Positions 61,701-64,000 of a DNA stretch of 64,000 bases are shown piece after piece. Every line of letters starts with the position of its first letter. Position 1 is the first letter of the stretch. The stretch spans positions 13,459,553 to 13,523,552 of the forward strand of contig NC_134028.1 in NCBI RefSeq assembly GCF_964204645.1. Reading direction: 5' to 3'. The position numbers and the translations under genes are program-made. The notes below the pieces were generated by a model. That model had not been told where the DNA came from. It searched no databases and was given only the letters and a program-made list of their open reading frames with translations. This DNA comes from Tubulanus polymorphus (lineage: Eukaryota > Animalia > Nemertea).

Positions 61701-64000
61701 AGATACTTTGATTATTCGCTACGATACTTATTACATATCACACAAATCTGCGTATACGCTAGAATCAATAATGTTAGCAAAAATCACTAAGAATCGCAAT
61801 TTGCTCATTTTGTAATATTTTTGAAATCATCCAATTTTATTGCAGAGATTCCCCGATATATCACGAGTAATGAAACAGATATCACGTTTAAACGTAGATT
61901 TTTCTTTTATTTTGAAATCCATAGAGCAAACATTGGAACCTAATGTTATTGAACATAAAGCTCCCAACCCTCCCTGCATTTATACATCGAGAAATCCAAC
62001 TCGACTATAATAGGCTTTTTATCATGGTGTAATATAGCTTGTGCAACAGGACGTCACTGAGTCATTACGTTAATTGTGAGGTGTTTATACATAATAGTTT
62101 CGTGAGCAATTCATATGGTGGGATCATAATCGGGAAAGATCTGCAATAAACACTTTATCGCCTTAGGGAGTTTGAGCTTCTCGATAAAATTCCCCAAAAA
62201 TAATTCAAAATCGCCTTATCCAATATCTAAAGGCCAATCAAAGCAATATATTTTGTCAATTCATTTTGAATTTATTCATAATCAATAACATATTCTTAAT
62301 AGTAATGATTTTATTATTAGGAATCTGATCTAATATATTTCTAGTTGTAAGACGTAGCTGTCGGATTTACGAGCAATTATCACATTAATGAGATGATCGC
62401 TCGTAGGTCGGATGGATGGACATATTAGTGTGTACCGGTCTACAGTGTCTTTAATCAAATATTCCATTTGATATCTGTCGTATTTCTATGAAAGAGTACA
62501 AACAGAAATATAAACCCTCTACAGGGTACAAATCAGAAGTTAAAACTAGGAAAATGGCTAATTTGCAAACATAAAGGGACAGATTTCTCCCAACAATCAT
62601 GACCCACATAAGCCACGATCACACGGAGACGATTTGGCCCGGGCCAAATTAGCACCGATCAGGCTCGGGCCAGATTTGGTAATTAGAGAGCGCGTTCACA
62701 CGCGAACCATTCACTCGATACAAAACAATGCTCAAACAAAGCGAAGTGGATCATTTACGGTGCTAGTTGCAATTCAAACGCAGTCATTTGTCTGGTGCTC
62801 GGGCCTGGTCCGACGTTTTTGGTCGGGCCAAATTTGGCCCTGGCCAAAAATACACGTGTGATCGCAGCTATAGAGACGATTTGTCGGGGCTAAATTGGCT
62901 CGAATCAGGTCCGACTTAAATTTTACGCATGGCTTACCAAAGAGCGCGTAGATTTTCATGTTCAAATTCATTTCACATTCAAATTCAAACCCATTCATTC
63001 GTTACTAAACAATGCTTAAACCATGGAATCTAAAACGAGTCCATACTTAAACCAAGCGAAGTGACTGACTTCCAGAACCAGTTTTAATCAACACGCTTAA
63101 TTTGACTCAGGTCTGGTCTGTCGTTTTTGGTCGGGTGATTAGGCACGGGTCCATTTTGCGCCCATTACTGTTTTTTTTTTCGCCAGATCTCTCCGTCCCT
63201 ACACCTTTTAACTTGATTTTTATCATCCACGTATTTAAATTTCGATTCATTCAGCTTGTGTTAATTTTATACTCATGCAAAGCACACTGATTACAATTTG
63301 TAGCAGTGCGCTATATAATGAAATAAGTAATATTGATTATAGTTAATTATAGTCAAAGACTCAAGATCAAGTAAAGAAAAAGGAAGATGCATTCTAACAA
63401 CTGATTGCGATGTGAAGACTATATTAGGCTTATTATTAGAACCTGCACTACAGCTATTCAACTTTCTATAAATCATTCGTCGCAGACCCTCAAATACCGT
63501 GTACATTATCACTCAAATTGCCTAAATATGTCTGGTGTCGTCGCTATAGTATACTACTTATTAAAACAATTATTACACCAATATAATTAATATATATACC
63601 CATCATTCTAAAAGCTCAGGTTTAAGCGTTTAGTGGTTTGGAAGAACATTCATCCCAAAGTCTATATTTCGAATAACAGACCAGGTCCAGTTTCCTTCGT
63701 TTGACATTCGGAGGAACATTCCTCCCGAAGTCGATACTTTGAATATCAGACCTGAAGGTTAAATTCTCTTCGTTTGACCTTGGGAGGAATATTCCTCCCA
63801 AAGTCAATTGTTAAAATATCGGGCCCCATGGTCAAGTTTCCATCGATTGACATTGGGAGGAATATTCCTCCCGCAGTCAATTTTTCACAATAGCGGTCCT
63901 CTTAATTGGTGACACTCAAAGAACGCGCGGCTCAGATTTCTATTGTGCGCCTATCGCGCGCTGCGCGTGAATCACTTACGTAATCTTTTCTGTAAATGTG
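58761..64000. repeat. Long inverted repeat pair (58761-~59060 and ~63700-64000), probable TIR element running off the window
   Basis: Near-perfect reverse complements containing GGGAGGAATATTCCTCCC palindromic subrepeats. Confidence 0.75.
60500..60660 (+). repeat. Possible Penelope-like pseudo-LTR remnant
   Basis: TGACGATGATCCC...GATCGAAACGTCG followed by AATAAA; degenerate hammerhead-like core. Confidence 0.35.

Overview
This is transposon-dense eukaryotic DNA, most likely from an invertebrate animal; the host cannot be identified from sequence and no host gene is evident. The AT-rich first half holds three degraded copies (A 1-9567, B 12471-26135, C 27577-~31234) of a Polinton/Maverick-like endogenous virus, and a fourth fragment (D ~47020-50215) lies further on. 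Together they encode protein-primed PolB, rve integrase with chromodomain, A32/FtsK ATPase, double-jelly-roll major capsid, penton and a cluster of membrane proteins. The copies are nested with a Ty3/Gypsy retrotransposon: B is inserted with a near-perfect 6-bp TSD into the Gypsy protease DTG motif, and the Gypsy LTR interrupts copy C. Main highlights: (1) a LAGLIDADG intein in the catalytic YxD|TD motif of copy A pPolB, with an intein-free allele in copy C; (2) about 21 viral gene starts read TAAATG, often with an upstream T-run, which is the vaccinia late-promoter architecture, and copy A carries a poxvirus VLTF-3 (A2L)-like gene, suggesting a poxvirus/NCLDV-dependent, virophage-like endogenous element; (3) self-palindromic (fold-back) TIRs; (4) the same short in-frame hairpin insertion in two unrelated viral genes. 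The second half contains a 31-bp palindromic satellite, a CR1/L2-like LINE, an ISL2EU-like DDE/YqaJ transposon, and nested TIR elements and MITEs. All family assignments come from recognising motifs by eye, without database searches.
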